Positions 31,424 through 39,625 of a stretch of DNA of 52,573 nucleotides are shown piece by piece (position 1 is the stretch's first letter; each line of letters starts with the position of its first letter). The translations under genes were made by a program, and so were the position numbers. The notes under the pieces were generated by a model that worked only from the letters and a program-made list of their open reading frames with translations, was not told the DNA's origin and made no database searches. This DNA is from a virus. Location of the stretch: positions 1 to 52,573 of the IMG/VR virus record IMGVR_UViG_3300045988_103312, one strand, 5' to 3'.

Positions 31424-31698
31424 GGCTTCACATCTCCAATGCTCTTTACAGCTACTTCGCTGGCTGGAATAATTTCGCTGACGCCGAGGATCGTTATTTC
31501 CGGCACAGCGATGGTAAACTTGCATTTGCCCGGGTTTTTTACGCCATCCACGGCCATCTGGGACAGGCTGCACGCGCCAGACCAGTACCACAGCTGGCGA
31601 ACGTCGGTCATGGTGACCTCGCTGCCGACGCGCTCTCTGATGTGTCCGAAGAAAACCCCTGCGCGCTCCGCGCGAACGATGTAAAACCGATTATCCAT
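31411..31698 (-). CDS. Hypothetical 95-aa protein
   Basis: Track ORF, good coding look (IVRAERAGVFFGHIRERVGSEVTMTDVRQLWYWSGA). Confidence 0.6.
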   Translation of the reverse strand: MDNRFYIVRAERAGVFFGHIRERVGSEVTMTDVRQLWYWSGACSLSQMAVDGVKNPGKCKFTIAVPEITILGVSEIIPASEVAVKSIGDVKPWKR

Positions 31699-31723
31699 GA
31701 TTGCTTCCTCCTCGAATTTTTGA

Positions 31724-32035
31724 TCATTCTTTCCAGTTCTTGATCAGCTTGGGATACGTCACGATGCACCCCATCACCCACGCCCAGCCATCCGCGATCC
31801 TGTCCCGCACGCGCTGACGCAGCGGGCGCTTCCGCACGGTTCGCCGCATCCGCAGGTCTTCGGCCAGCAGCCGGTTCCGCCGCGCTCTGGTCACGGCCAG
31901 CTCCGCCCGCAGAGCGGCTTCTTCCGCCTCCCGGATGGCGTTCTGACGGCGCAGCTCCTCGGAGACCACGCCGTTGACGTAGGCCTCCACGCCGCCGTTT
32001 CCCTTAATGATGCTGCACGTTGCGATTCTGTCCAT
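31724..32035 (-). CDS. Hypothetical 103-aa protein (Arg-rich helix + C-terminal hydrophobic segment)
   Basis: Track ORF. Confidence 0.5.
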   Translation of the reverse strand: MDRIATCSIIKGNGGVEAYVNGVVSEELRRQNAIREAEEAALRAELAVTRARRNRLLAEDLRMRRTVRKRPLRQRVRDRIADGWAWVMGCIVTYPKLIKNWKE

Positions 32036-32603
32036 TCTTCACATCCTCCTTTTCCATCATCGCCCGAATCGCCGGAACAATCACCTCGCGGCAGATTTCC
32101 GCGAAGCGCTTCTGCCAGGGCGTGTAATCCTCCGCCAGACAATTCCACCACTCATCCGGCAAATCAATCCAGCGATCATCAGCAGCCACGTTCAGCGCGA
32201 CCGCGAAAGACCTTCTGTCGTCGTACTCTTCGGCAATTCCCAGCACATCGTCAAATTCAGCCTGTTTGTCAACGTCTTCATTCGCCTGCTCGAAATACTC
32301 GCGCAGGTTGTTGACGCTTTCCGTGCGGTTAAAGTCCCTTTCCTCCTTCCTTTCGCCGCAGCACTTGCGAAGCACCCATTCGTCACAGGAAAGCCATTTG
32401 CACCAAAAAGGTGTCCAGTCAAAGTTGTTTTCAGGCCCCCAGTGATAGGCATAACTCCCAATATCGCTGTCGCAGGTCATCTGCCCGATCGCCTCGTCAA
32501 GGTACATGTTCAGCCACAGGCAGTCACCGCCGCCCGTCATGCGGATCACGATCACATCGCCGCAGCGCTGCGCCGTGGCCTTGCGCAGGGTTTTGTCAAT
32601 CAT
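32004..32603 (-). CDS. Hypothetical Trp/Cys/Asp-rich protein
   Basis: Start ATG 32603 (MIDKTLRK). Confidence 0.55.
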   Translation of the reverse strand: MIDKTLRKATAQRCGDVIVIRMTGGGDCLWLNMYLDEAIGQMTCDSDIGSYAYHWGPENNFDWTPFWCKWLSCDEWVLRKCCGERKEERDFNRTESVNNLREYFEQANEDVDKQAEFDDVLGIAEEYDDRRSFAVALNVAADDRWIDLPDEWWNCLAEDYTPWQKRFAEICREVIVPAIRAMMEKEDVKNGQNRNVQHH

Positions 32604-32736
32604 CGTCTGCCTCCTCCTCAAACTCCTCGTCGAAGCTCCGCAGGCCGAAGCCCAGCAGCGCAAGGTTGTAACCGGCGATTCCGCCGATCAGGAAAATGTA
32701 GGCGATGAGCACCGCCTTGATGATCTGGTTCAGCAT
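32596..32736 (-). CDS. Small membrane protein, 46 aa
   Basis: MLNQIIKAVLIAYIFLIGGIAGYNLALLGFGLRSFDEEFEEEADDD; GGGAGGAAG SD. Confidence 0.45.
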   Translation of the reverse strand: MLNQIIKAVLIAYIFLIGGIAGYNLALLGFGLRSFDEEFEEEADDD

Positions 32737-33323
32737 ACTTCCTCCCACGCGAAGCGGCCTTTGCCGGAATTGCGCCACTGGCCGAGGCCGCGCAGCGCGC
32801 CATAGTCCAGGCACTCTTTGACGGCCGCCTCCAGCTCGTCCGTCAGCATCACAATCGTCATCGTCATCGTGCTCCCCGCCGGAACGGTCTCGCTGCTGGC
32901 CAGCGCGGTGCGGCTGCCCGTTGGGCCGTCCGTTCGCAGCGAGCGCTGACAATTGCCCATCTCGCCGCACACCTCCACGGGGATTTTGCGCTCCCGGACA
33001 AAAATCAGACCGTCGACGAACTTTTTGTAGGCCTTGAGCTTGCTGCACGCCGTACCCGGCACGCGACGAAGCATGCCGATGGAATCCTTGAACATGCCCC
33101 GAATCTGGTAGTCCCAGAAGAACGGGCGGCCGTCCTCCAGCCTCGGGAAAACGGTGGTTCCGCTCTCCACCATCGCGTCCACGCCGTTTTCTTCGATCTC
33201 CTCCGCCAACTTCGCCGCGTCGGGCGCGTTGCTGGCGATGTAGTCGCGGTAGATTTCAGGGTTCGCGGGCATCATGCCCAGGGCTTCTTCCGTCAGAGTG
33301 ATCCTGATTCTCAGTTCCTTCAT
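32730..33323 (-). CDS. Conserved-looking hypothetical protein, 197 aa
   Basis: Start ATG 33323 (MKELRIRITLTEE) with GAGGAGGAAAAAAAC SD; C-terminal GLGQWRNSGKGRFAW. Confidence 0.6.
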   Translation of the reverse strand: MKELRIRITLTEEALGMMPANPEIYRDYIASNAPDAAKLAEEIEENGVDAMVESGTTVFPRLEDGRPFFWDYQIRGMFKDSIGMLRRVPGTACSKLKAYKKFVDGLIFVRERKIPVEVCGEMGNCQRSLRTDGPTGSRTALASSETVPAGSTMTMTIVMLTDELEAAVKECLDYGALRGLGQWRNSGKGRFAWEEVC

Positions 33324-33699
33324 GTTTTTTTCCTCCTCAATTGTTTGGCCCCGCGCCATTTCATATCGCAGCTATGCAGAGCTATTCCTTTCCATTGCAA
33401 TTCGTATCAGTGCAGTGCAAATCCCTCGCAAGTCTGATCTTTTCACCTCGGCTCTCAGCCACTCCCATCCCTTCCGTTGCAATTCATTGCTTCTCAGTAC
33501 ATCTCATATCCTTTTCCACGCGCGTCTTTTCTCCTCCGTTTCTTTTCGATTCATGTCGTATCCAATCTGATCCTTTTCTTCTCAAGTCTGCTCAGCTCAA
33601 TGCTCTTCCATGTCAATGCGGTTCATCGCAAGTCCAGTCGTATCTTCTCTTCTCCATTTCTTTTCAGCTCGCCTCGCCGCCGTTCTCATCCATTTCCTC

Positions 33700-34284
33700 T
33701 CATTTCCACACCCGGACGTATCCAGGCATGACCGTAAAATTGCTGAGCACCTCTTCCGGCATGGCGTATCGGTCGGGATCGTAGTCATGCCCGGGGCGGT
33801 AGTTTTTCGGCAGCATGCCCACGCACTGCTCCTCGGTCAGGCCGTAGGCCTTGGCGATGCGCTCGACGATCTTGGGATGGGTGACGGTCTTGTCATCCTG
33901 CTCCAGCCAGTCCAGCAGCAGCGGGGAGATTTCGAGCTTCCGCGCCATTTCCGCGACGGAGAGGCCATAGGCCTGCCGGCCTCGCATCAGGTAGTATCGC
34001 GGGCCAAGCGTTGGGACGTAGACCGCCGCCGGGGGGGCGTCGGAGACGCGCGTTTCACCTTTGAGCGCTTTTCTGCTTTGTTTCTTGGTTTGCTGCTCTT
34101 TGACTGCGCATCCGGCGCACATATGCGTATGCCCGTAACGGAGCGTTTCACCGTGGATTATTTTTTCAAATCCGCAGTCGCAGCGGCACATGTATCGAAT
34201 TCTTCCGCTCGGGCTGGGTTCCGCTTCGGCGATCACCGTCCAGTGGTTGTAGCGCTTGCCGACCATGTCAATCCTTGCGCCCAT
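33700..34284 (-). CDS. DNA-binding protein (N-terminal zinc ribbon + HTH)
   Basis: GKRYNHWTVIAEA...CRCDCG...CAGC; YGLSVAEMARKLEISPLLLDWLE HTH. Confidence 0.6.
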   Translation of the reverse strand: MGARIDMVGKRYNHWTVIAEAEPSPSGRIRYMCRCDCGFEKIIHGETLRYGHTHMCAGCAVKEQQTKKQSRKALKGETRVSDAPPAAVYVPTLGPRYYLMRGRQAYGLSVAEMARKLEISPLLLDWLEQDDKTVTHPKIVERIAKAYGLTEEQCVGMLPKNYRPGHDYDPDRYAMPEEVLSNFTVMPGYVRVWK

Positions 34285-34673
34285 TACATTCCCTCCATCA
34301 TCGAGACAATCTCGATCTCCACTCGCGGGTTTTCCCGGTCGAGGCGCACGCGGCTTCCGTCGTGGGCGGCGACGATCTGACTGTTGTCGTCCGCCAGCAC
34401 CCCCGCCCGGACGAGGAGATCGTCTGTGGCCTCCAGCAGGTTGGTCAGGTCGACCCTGCGCCGGGTGGGCATGTAGTACACGCAGCGCACGTTCACCGGT
34501 AGGTCGATTCGCTGGCGGGCCCTGCCGGGAATCTGGCTGAGGCAGTCCGCCTCGTAGACCTTGTAAGCCTCTGAGGGGCTGATAAAGCGTCTTCCCGTTC
34601 GAGGGTTACAGCGTATCGACTGGCTGTTCTTTTTCGTTCTGGGCGCGCCCCAGAGCGTCAGGGTGAGTTTCAT
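34284..34673 (-). CDS. rusA: RusA-family Holliday junction resolvase
   Basis: MKLTLTLWGAPRTKKNSQ...DLTNLLEATDDLLVRAGVLADDNSQIV; AAGGAGG SD. Confidence 0.85.
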   Translation of the reverse strand: MKLTLTLWGAPRTKKNSQSIRCNPRTGRRFISPSEAYKVYEADCLSQIPGRARQRIDLPVNVRCVYYMPTRRRVDLTNLLEATDDLLVRAGVLADDNSQIVAAHDGSRVRLDRENPRVEIEIVSMMEGM

Positions 34674-34839
34674 GCCGCTTCCTCCTTCGCATGATGGTGT
34701 TCAGGCCCTTCCACGCGGCCTCCGGGTCGCTGTGGGTCTGGCCGAGGAGCGTCCTGCGCTGCTGGGCGGTCAGCTCGCCGCGCAGGAGGGCGATGCTGTC
34801 GCGCACCTGGCGGCGCAGGATCATTTCCGCGCTGGTCAT
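34606..34839 (-). CDS. Hypothetical 77-aa protein
   Basis: ATGA overlap with DnaD-like stop; 3' end overlaps rusA by 68 nt. Confidence 0.4.
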   Translation of the reverse strand: MTSAEMILRRQVRDSIALLRGELTAQQRRTLLGQTHSDPEAAWKGLNTIMRRRKRHETHPDALGRAQNEKEQPVDTL

Positions 34840-35783
34840 TTGCCTTCGCCTCCTTCTCCGTAGAGCTTGTCCAGGTCGAGGTACAGGTCGCTGTAGTCGC
34901 TTTCGGCGTGCGGGCGCTGCTCGTATTGCAGGGCGGGATTGGGCTTTGCCGGATACGGGCTGCGAGAGGTCTGCGCCGGGCGCTCCTCATTCCGCGCGTC
35001 GCCGATGGAGCGGAAGCCCTTGGACTGCCAGCTGCGCAGTATGCCGCGCACGTAATTCCAGGTGGGCTTTCCCGCTCCGACGGCGAGGTCGACGGCGTAG
35101 CGGAGCATGTCCGCCGGAAAGTCCTCAGCAAAGGATGCAAGCTCCTCCATGTTGCCCGGAGACAGATAGCGGAGATTGCCAGAGGCGTAGGCCTCGACGG
35201 TGTTGAAATCCGGGCGCTGATCCGTCTCCACTGCCGCCGCCGCGAGGGGGCGCTCATGCAGCAGTACTTTACTTTCCTTTACTTTACTTTCCTTTACTTT
35301 ACTTTGTGTACTTCTGTATGCATTTTCCGGGGTTTCTGCCTGCATGGTGTTGACATTAACCGGGGTTTCTGCATACATGATGTTGACATTTACGGGGATG
35401 AGCTCGCGGGAAACCAGAAGGTAGCGCTGTTCGACCTCTACATTTCTTCGACGGGCGACAATCTCGAAGTAGCGTTTCTGGATGCCTCTGCTCGTCAAAA
35501 CGCCGTATTTTCTGTAGATTTCCTCGTCAAACAGCGACCTTCGGATCGCGGCGGACACTATTTCAGAAACGGCCTTGCCACCCGTCCCTAGACGCTTCCC
35601 GAACAGCAAGGCAACCTCGTCATTCCATTCACAATAATAACCAAGCTTGTAGATGCGTTGATAAAGCTTGACGATTACCGCAAACCCTGTCAGCCCAAAT
35701 TCCGCCTCGATTAGATCAAGCTTGTCGTCGTTTTCGACGTCAAGCGGAAAGTACTCTACCCCCGCCTTCTGGGGTCTCGGCAT
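34836..35783 (-). CDS. Replication initiator / replisome organiser (DUF4373-like N-domain + DnaD/DnaB_2 C-domain)
   Basis: VEYFPLDVENDDKLDLIEAEFGLTGFAVIVKLYQRIY; NYVRGILRSWQSKGFRSIGD; internal DNA repeats. Confidence 0.75.
   Translation of the reverse strand: MPRPQKAGVEYFPLDVENDDKLDLIEAEFGLTGFAVIVKLYQRIYKLGYYCEWNDEVALLFGKRLGTGGKAVSEIVSAAIRRSLFDEEIYRKYGVLTSRGIQKRYFEIVARRRNVEVEQRYLLVSRELIPVNVNIMYAETPVNVNTMQAETPENAYRSTQSKVKESKVKESKVLLHERPLAAAAVETDQRPDFNTVEAYASGNLRYLSPGNMEELASFAEDFPADMLRYAVDLAVGAGKPTWNYVRGILRSWQSKGFRSIGDARNEERPAQTSRSPYPAKPNPALQYEQRPHAESDYSDLYLDLDKLYGEGGEGK
35266..35397. repeat. Candidate origin iterons inside the initiator gene: 15-bp x2.7 (35266-35305) and 33-bp x2 (35327-35392)
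   Basis: actttactttccttt repeated; ccggggtttctgcctgcatggtgttgacattaa / ccggggtttctgcatacatgatgttgacattta in tandem, followed by cgggg. Confidence 0.55.
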
Positions 35784-35786
35784 GGA

Positions 35787-36008
35787 TCAGTCCGTTGGGG
35801 TGCGCATGTTCCATGCCTCACGCGCAAGCTCCTCGAAATCATTGTGATAATCCTTGTCGCTGAAAGTCGGCCCCTGTGCTCCGCAGAGGGCGCATTTCAC
35901 GCGGCATACGTGATCCGGGTTTTCCAGAGTGAAATCAGAAATGTCTGTTTCGAGACGCACAATCGGCGTTCTCGCTCCACAAAAGGGGCAGGGCATAAAA
36001 TACGGCAT
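35787..36008 (-). CDS. Lar-family-like zinc-ribbon protein (second copy)
   Basis: MPYFMPCPFCGARTPIV...CALCGAQGP...EAWNMR. Confidence 0.5.
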   Translation of the reverse strand: MPYFMPCPFCGARTPIVRLETDISDFTLENPDHVCRVKCALCGAQGPTFSDKDYHNDFEELAREAWNMRTPTD

Positions 36009-36337
36009 TACATAACCTCCTTTTCGATCTCCATCTCCATCTGCCCATTCGCCCGCTTGAGCGCCCGCCGCGCGCAGATCAGGAGCCTCGACAGGCTGCG
36101 GATTCTCGCGGTGGTGTCGCCGATAAAGGCGCGGATTTCCTCCGGGTCGCTGGTGCGGTAGTAGCCGCGCCCGCGGGAGGAGGAGACGACGATCATGCCG
36201 TCGCTGTCGTCCTCCCGGAAGCGGGCGATCTGCCTGCGCACATTGCGGTCGGGCATGTTCCAGCGCCTTGCCAGCGCCATGCGGGTGACGGCGTTATCCC
36301 GCCCCACGGGGATGTCCGATCTGCTCGGCACAGCCAT
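36008..36337 (-). CDS. Winged-helix DNA-binding protein
   Basis: AVTRMALARRWNMPDRNVRRQIARFRE. Confidence 0.5.
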   Translation of the reverse strand: MAVPSRSDIPVGRDNAVTRMALARRWNMPDRNVRRQIARFREDDSDGMIVVSSSRGRGYYRTSDPEEIRAFIGDTTARIRSLSRLLICARRALKRANGQMEMEIEKEVM

Positions 36338-36404
36338 GCTCGCACTCCTTTCTCACGCACGCGTCGCAGTCGCGGCAGCAGGTGCAGTCGTCACACGTCA
36401 GCAT
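36294..36404 (-). CDS. Possible Cys-rich micro-ORF, 36 aa
   Basis: MLTCDDCTCCRDCDACVRKECEHGCAEQIGHPRGAG with GAGGAGG SD 6 nt upstream; overlaps next gene by 44 nt. Confidence 0.3.
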   Translation of the reverse strand: MLTCDDCTCCRDCDACVRKECEHGCAEQIGHPRGAG

Positions 36405-36415
36405 GGTCGGCCTCC

Positions 36416-37015
36416 TCAAAAGGGCAGATCGTCGTCCACGACCTGCTGGAAGCCGTTTGCGTCCGGCTGCCCGACGGGCCGGGGCGCGCTGCCCGCGTCG
36501 GCCAGCAGCTTTTTCGCCGGAGGCGCGATTCCCTCGCGCACCTTTGCGACGCTCACCGCGTAGAAGGGCTTGACGGCGGTCTTGACGCTGCCGTCTTGCG
36601 CCCGGTAGTCCTCCTCGCCGAAGTTGAAGCCCACCAGCTTGCCGTTCAGCATCGCCTCGTTTCCGCCGCTCTGGCGGAAGCTGTAGCCCGCGTTGCTGGC
36701 CTCCACGGCCTCGATAAAGCCCTTGAAGTAGCCGTTGGTTCTGCCGTCCGCCGTGAGGATCGAGGCGCGGAACACGCCGGGCCAGTTGGCATAGGCGTTG
36801 TAGGACTTGGCGCGCTCGAAGCGCCGATGGTAGTAGCCGTTGAACTCGCCCTCCTCGACGATGTCGAAGGCCACCACCAGCATGTCGTTTCCGCTGCGGG
36901 ACTGCTCCACCCGCGCGCCGCGGATGCGGCAGATGTGGCCGCCGGGAGTGAGCAGGGGAGCGGCGCTGCCGTCATAGGCTCGGGCGCTGTCGTAGTCATT
37001 CGGAATCTGGATCAT
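36416..37015 (-). CDS. ssDNA-binding protein (DUF669-type) with SSB-like acidic tip
   Basis: 199 aa in recombination module; C-terminus QQVVDDDLPF mimics the SSB DDDIPF tail. Confidence 0.6.
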   Translation of the reverse strand: MIQIPNDYDSARAYDGSAAPLLTPGGHICRIRGARVEQSRSGNDMLVVAFDIVEEGEFNGYYHRRFERAKSYNAYANWPGVFRASILTADGRTNGYFKGFIEAVEASNAGYSFRQSGGNEAMLNGKLVGFNFGEEDYRAQDGSVKTAVKPFYAVSVAKVREGIAPPAKKLLADAGSAPRPVGQPDANGFQQVVDDDLPF

Positions 37016-37634
37016 TGCGTTTTCCTCCTAAGCTGTAAAATTCGCGGATCGCGTCGTCCACGATCAAGAGGTCGTTGTCGATTTCGTCGGCCTCGAACAT
37101 CCCCAGCGGGGTCTTGACCGTGTCGAAGCCGCTGTTGTGGGTGAGGAAGCCGTAGTGGCCGTCCTGCACGTGGGTCTTGAGCACGATGGTGAACATGCCC
37201 TCCAGCGTGATGTACTGGTCGATCATGCGTCCGACGGTCTTGGCCCTCTCGTTGCCCTGCTGGTCGCGGTCAATGTGGGACATGAAGTACACGATCATGT
37301 CCTCGGGCAGGTGATTGATGACGAAATCCACCAGACTCCAGTGGGCGTTGGCGATGTCCGTGTACTTGTCGTAGCCCTTTTCCTTCGAGCGTCGCATGAA
37401 CGCGTTGACCATGAGATACTGGCTGTCGTCGATTACCATCGACGGAGCCCTGGCCAGCTTCAGCGCGCCGGTGATCTTGCCGTAGTCGTCCGTGTTGTAG
37501 GTCTTGAAGCTGCTGCGGAAGGGCAGCGGCTTTTTGCTGACGTTGATGATGCCGAAGCGCTCCGGGGGGCAGTTCCGCAGACTCGTGGTCTTGCCGGTGC
37601 CGGATTCGCCAAGAATCAGAACCGGGATTGCCAT
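36996..37634 (-). CDS. Sak4-like RecA-fold ATPase (AAA_24)
   Basis: Walker A ILGESGTGKTT; Walker B-like MVIDDSQ; neighbour of SSB. Confidence 0.75.
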   Translation of the reverse strand: MAIPVLILGESGTGKTTSLRNCPPERFGIINVSKKPLPFRSSFKTYNTDDYGKITGALKLARAPSMVIDDSQYLMVNAFMRRSKEKGYDKYTDIANAHWSLVDFVINHLPEDMIVYFMSHIDRDQQGNERAKTVGRMIDQYITLEGMFTIVLKTHVQDGHYGFLTHNSGFDTVKTPLGMFEADEIDNDLLIVDDAIREFYSLGGKRNDPDSE

Positions 37635-37864
37635 TACGCTTCCTCCTCACCATGCTGGCCGCGCGCCGCGAGCAGCGTCTTCACCAGCGTCATGTCGATG
37701 TAGCTGTTCTTTTCCGCGAAGGCCGCGATCACGTCCAGCATCGCCGAATCCCGCGTCAGGCGGGAATACTCGTCGGCGGGCACCGGGATCAGCAGCCTTG
37801 CGCCGCTCTGTACTTCCGCGCCGCGGAAGCCGGCGATGCGGCGGGTGTTGTCTCTCTGGGACAT
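37634..37864 (-). CDS. Hypothetical 76-aa protein
   Basis: Start ATG 37864 (MSQRDNTRR), AAGGAGGAAATTGAG SD. Confidence 0.5.
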   Translation of the reverse strand: MSQRDNTRRIAGFRGAEVQSGARLLIPVPADEYSRLTRDSAMLDVIAAFAEKNSYIDMTLVKTLLAARGQHGEEEA

Positions 37865-37865
37865 C

Positions 37866-38456
37866 TCAATTTCCTCCTTTTTCGAGGGCCGCCGCCCGGC
37901 GGGCGAACTCGCGGCCCCAGTCCTCCTTGATACGCTCGATCTGTCTGAGGTCGTAGGCGATAGTAAGCTCCATCTGCTCGGCCTGATCCACCAGATAGTC
38001 GATGAGCGAGGCCATCGCCCGGCTGTCGTAGACGCTACTGCCCTTGTAGGCCAGCACCTCCACATAGCCGCGCAGCGGCGCGTCGCCGACCACCTCTGCA
38101 AACCAGCCCACGCCCAGCAGCTTCCGGGTTGCCAGAAACGCCTCCAGCGCCTCCTCGCGGATGTAATACTGGTCGTATTCGCCCACGGCGCGGATGGCGT
38201 CCCGGTAGACCTCCTCCTTGGGCAGCGGCGGCGACAGGCTCCTGCCGATCTGGGAGCACAGCTCCCAGCACAGGGCGTTCGCCCTGACGCTGCGCTGCTT
38301 CCGGTGGGGCTTCAGCTCCACGTCCAGCACGGTGTCCCGCAGGGCCTCCAGTGCCTCGGCGCGGTCGCCGAACACGTCCAGAATCATCGTGGTCTTTCCG
38401 GAGGCCCGCAGGGGCGCGGCGGCGATCTGAGCCGTGGCCTTTACCGCCGCCCTCAT
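37866..38456 (-). CDS. Hypothetical protein (possibly NinB-like recombination protein)
   Basis: Start ATG 38456 (ATGA overlap with upstream stop); KPHRKQRSVRANALCWELCSQIG loosely NinB-like. Confidence 0.35.
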   Translation of the reverse strand: MRAAVKATAQIAAAPLRASGKTTMILDVFGDRAEALEALRDTVLDVELKPHRKQRSVRANALCWELCSQIGRSLSPPLPKEEVYRDAIRAVGEYDQYYIREEALEAFLATRKLLGVGWFAEVVGDAPLRGYVEVLAYKGSSVYDSRAMASLIDYLVDQAEQMELTIAYDLRQIERIKEDWGREFARRAAALEKGGN

Positions 38457-38950
38457 CGGAATCTCAGCCCCGCGCTCTGGGTGATCTCCACGCCGGGCAG
38501 CAGCTCGCCGGTGTATTTCCAGTGCTTGAGGATCGCCGTCTTGTCGATCTTGTCGGGCTGTTTCACGTGAAATTCCTCGGGCACACGGGCTTCGTCCAGC
38601 ACCTGACAGCTCGCCGGATTCATCTGAATTCGCCACTTGCCGATGCTGGTCTGCACGTCCTTAAGGTTGAGGCGCTGCATGCAGTCCAGCAGGCGCGCCT
38701 TCAGGCGCTCGGCGGTGTTCTCCGCGGCCTTCTGGCGCTTGGCGAGGCGCTGGGCCTCGGCCTTGTAGCTCTCGGCCTCGGCCTGCTTGCTGCGGACGAT
38801 CCGGGCGTAGGCCTCGGCCCTGTCCTTCACGTCGTCCTCCATCGCGTCGAGCTGGCCCCAGAGGGCCTCGGCCTCATCCTCGGTCTCGGCGCAGTCCAGC
38901 GCCGCCAGCAGGTCGGCGTAGCGGGCTTCGATCTCATACAGCGCGGTCAT
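38453..38950 (-). CDS. Siphovirus Gp157-like protein
   Basis: MTALYEIEARYADLLAAL..., coiled coil, first large gene of recombination module. Confidence 0.5.
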   Translation of the reverse strand: MTALYEIEARYADLLAALDCAETEDEAEALWGQLDAMEDDVKDRAEAYARIVRSKQAEAESYKAEAQRLAKRQKAAENTAERLKARLLDCMQRLNLKDVQTSIGKWRIQMNPASCQVLDEARVPEEFHVKQPDKIDKTAILKHWKYTGELLPGVEITQSAGLRFR

Positions 38951-38966
38951 TTTATCGCTTCCTTTC

Positions 38967-39284
38967 TCAGTTCTGTTTGGCGTAGCGCCGCACCACGTCG
39001 GCCAGATCGTCCCACATGACGGCGGCGACGCGCTCTTCCTCGGGTTTCAGACGGTGAATCTGGTGAATCCGGTAATCCGAGCCGAACAGCGTTCGCCGGA
39101 TGATCTGGGAGAACGGGGTCTGCACGCCGTTGTAGATTCGCGGCCGCTCCCAGTTCAGTTCCTCTCCAAGCGCCTTCGCCTTTTCGTCCGTCCAGCGGCT
39201 GATCGGGTTGGCGCGGATGGCGGCGCATTCCTTCAGGGATGCAAGCTCCCTTTCCAGACTTGCAATGCGTTCTTCAGTGGTCAT
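38967..39284 (-). CDS. Hypothetical 105-aa protein (first gene of the replication/recombination operon)
   Basis: Start ATG 39284 (MTTEERIAS) with AAGGAGGG SD; the longer track ORF would cover operator palindromes. Confidence 0.55.
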   Translation of the reverse strand: MTTEERIASLERELASLKECAAIRANPISRWTDEKAKALGEELNWERPRIYNGVQTPFSQIIRRTLFGSDYRIHQIHRLKPEEERVAAVMWDDLADVVRRYAKQN

Positions 39285-39304
39285 TGGTTGTCCCTCCTTT
39301 GCAT

Positions 39305-39362
39305 AGTGCCATTTAATGGCACTTACTATAATCATTATAGTGCCTTATAATGGCATTGTCAA
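39305..39362 (-). promoter_or_regulatory. Consensus promoter of the replication operon with two palindromic operators
   Basis: Minus strand TTGACA (39362-39357)-17 nt-TATAAT (39339-39334); palindromes agtgccatttaatggcact (39305-39323, perfect) and agtgccttataatggcat (39339-39356, fills the spacer). Confidence 0.6.
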
Positions 39363-39406
39363 TAGCTGACAGTGAATTTTTATGACACTTTTTAGGAGGG
39401 ACTTCC

Positions 39407-39625
39407 ATGTTCTCAGATCGTCTGAATGATCTCCGCAAGCAGCGCGGCTTTACTGCGCAGCAGATGGCCGATCTGCTTCAAACCGGAATTCGAAACTATC
39501 GCAAGTACGAAAGCGGAGATGCAAAGCCTACGCTGGACGGCTTGGTTCAGATCGCAGATATTCTCGACGTTTCTACGGATTATCTGCTTTGCCGCGATGC
39601 ATTTCTCGCAAAACGCGCTGATTAA
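39407..39625 (+). CDS. XRE-family HTH regulator, divergent from the replication operon
   Basis: LRKQRGFTAQQMADLLQTGIRNYRKYESGDAKPTLDGLVQIADILDVSTDYLL; AGGAGGG SD. Confidence 0.8.
   Translation: MFSDRLNDLRKQRGFTAQQMADLLQTGIRNYRKYESGDAKPTLDGLVQIADILDVSTDYLLCRDAFLAKRAD

Noticed and set aside
32730-33323. The 197-aa early protein as a RAMP/Cas-like RNA-binding protein, based on its C-terminal GLGQWRNSGKGRFAW (like a glycine-rich loop) and the beta-strand-like N-terminus LRIRITLTEEALG.
   Set aside because: There is only a short motif resemblance and no other CRISPR-associated context. A profile or structure search is needed before any such call, so it is left as a hypothetical protein.
33341-33784. 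The plus-strand 147-aa ORF (and two others) covering the pyrimidine-rich spacer.
   Set aside because: All three plus frames stay open only because purine-containing stop codons are rare on this strand. The products are S/F/P/L low-complexity with no SD and the wrong orientation.
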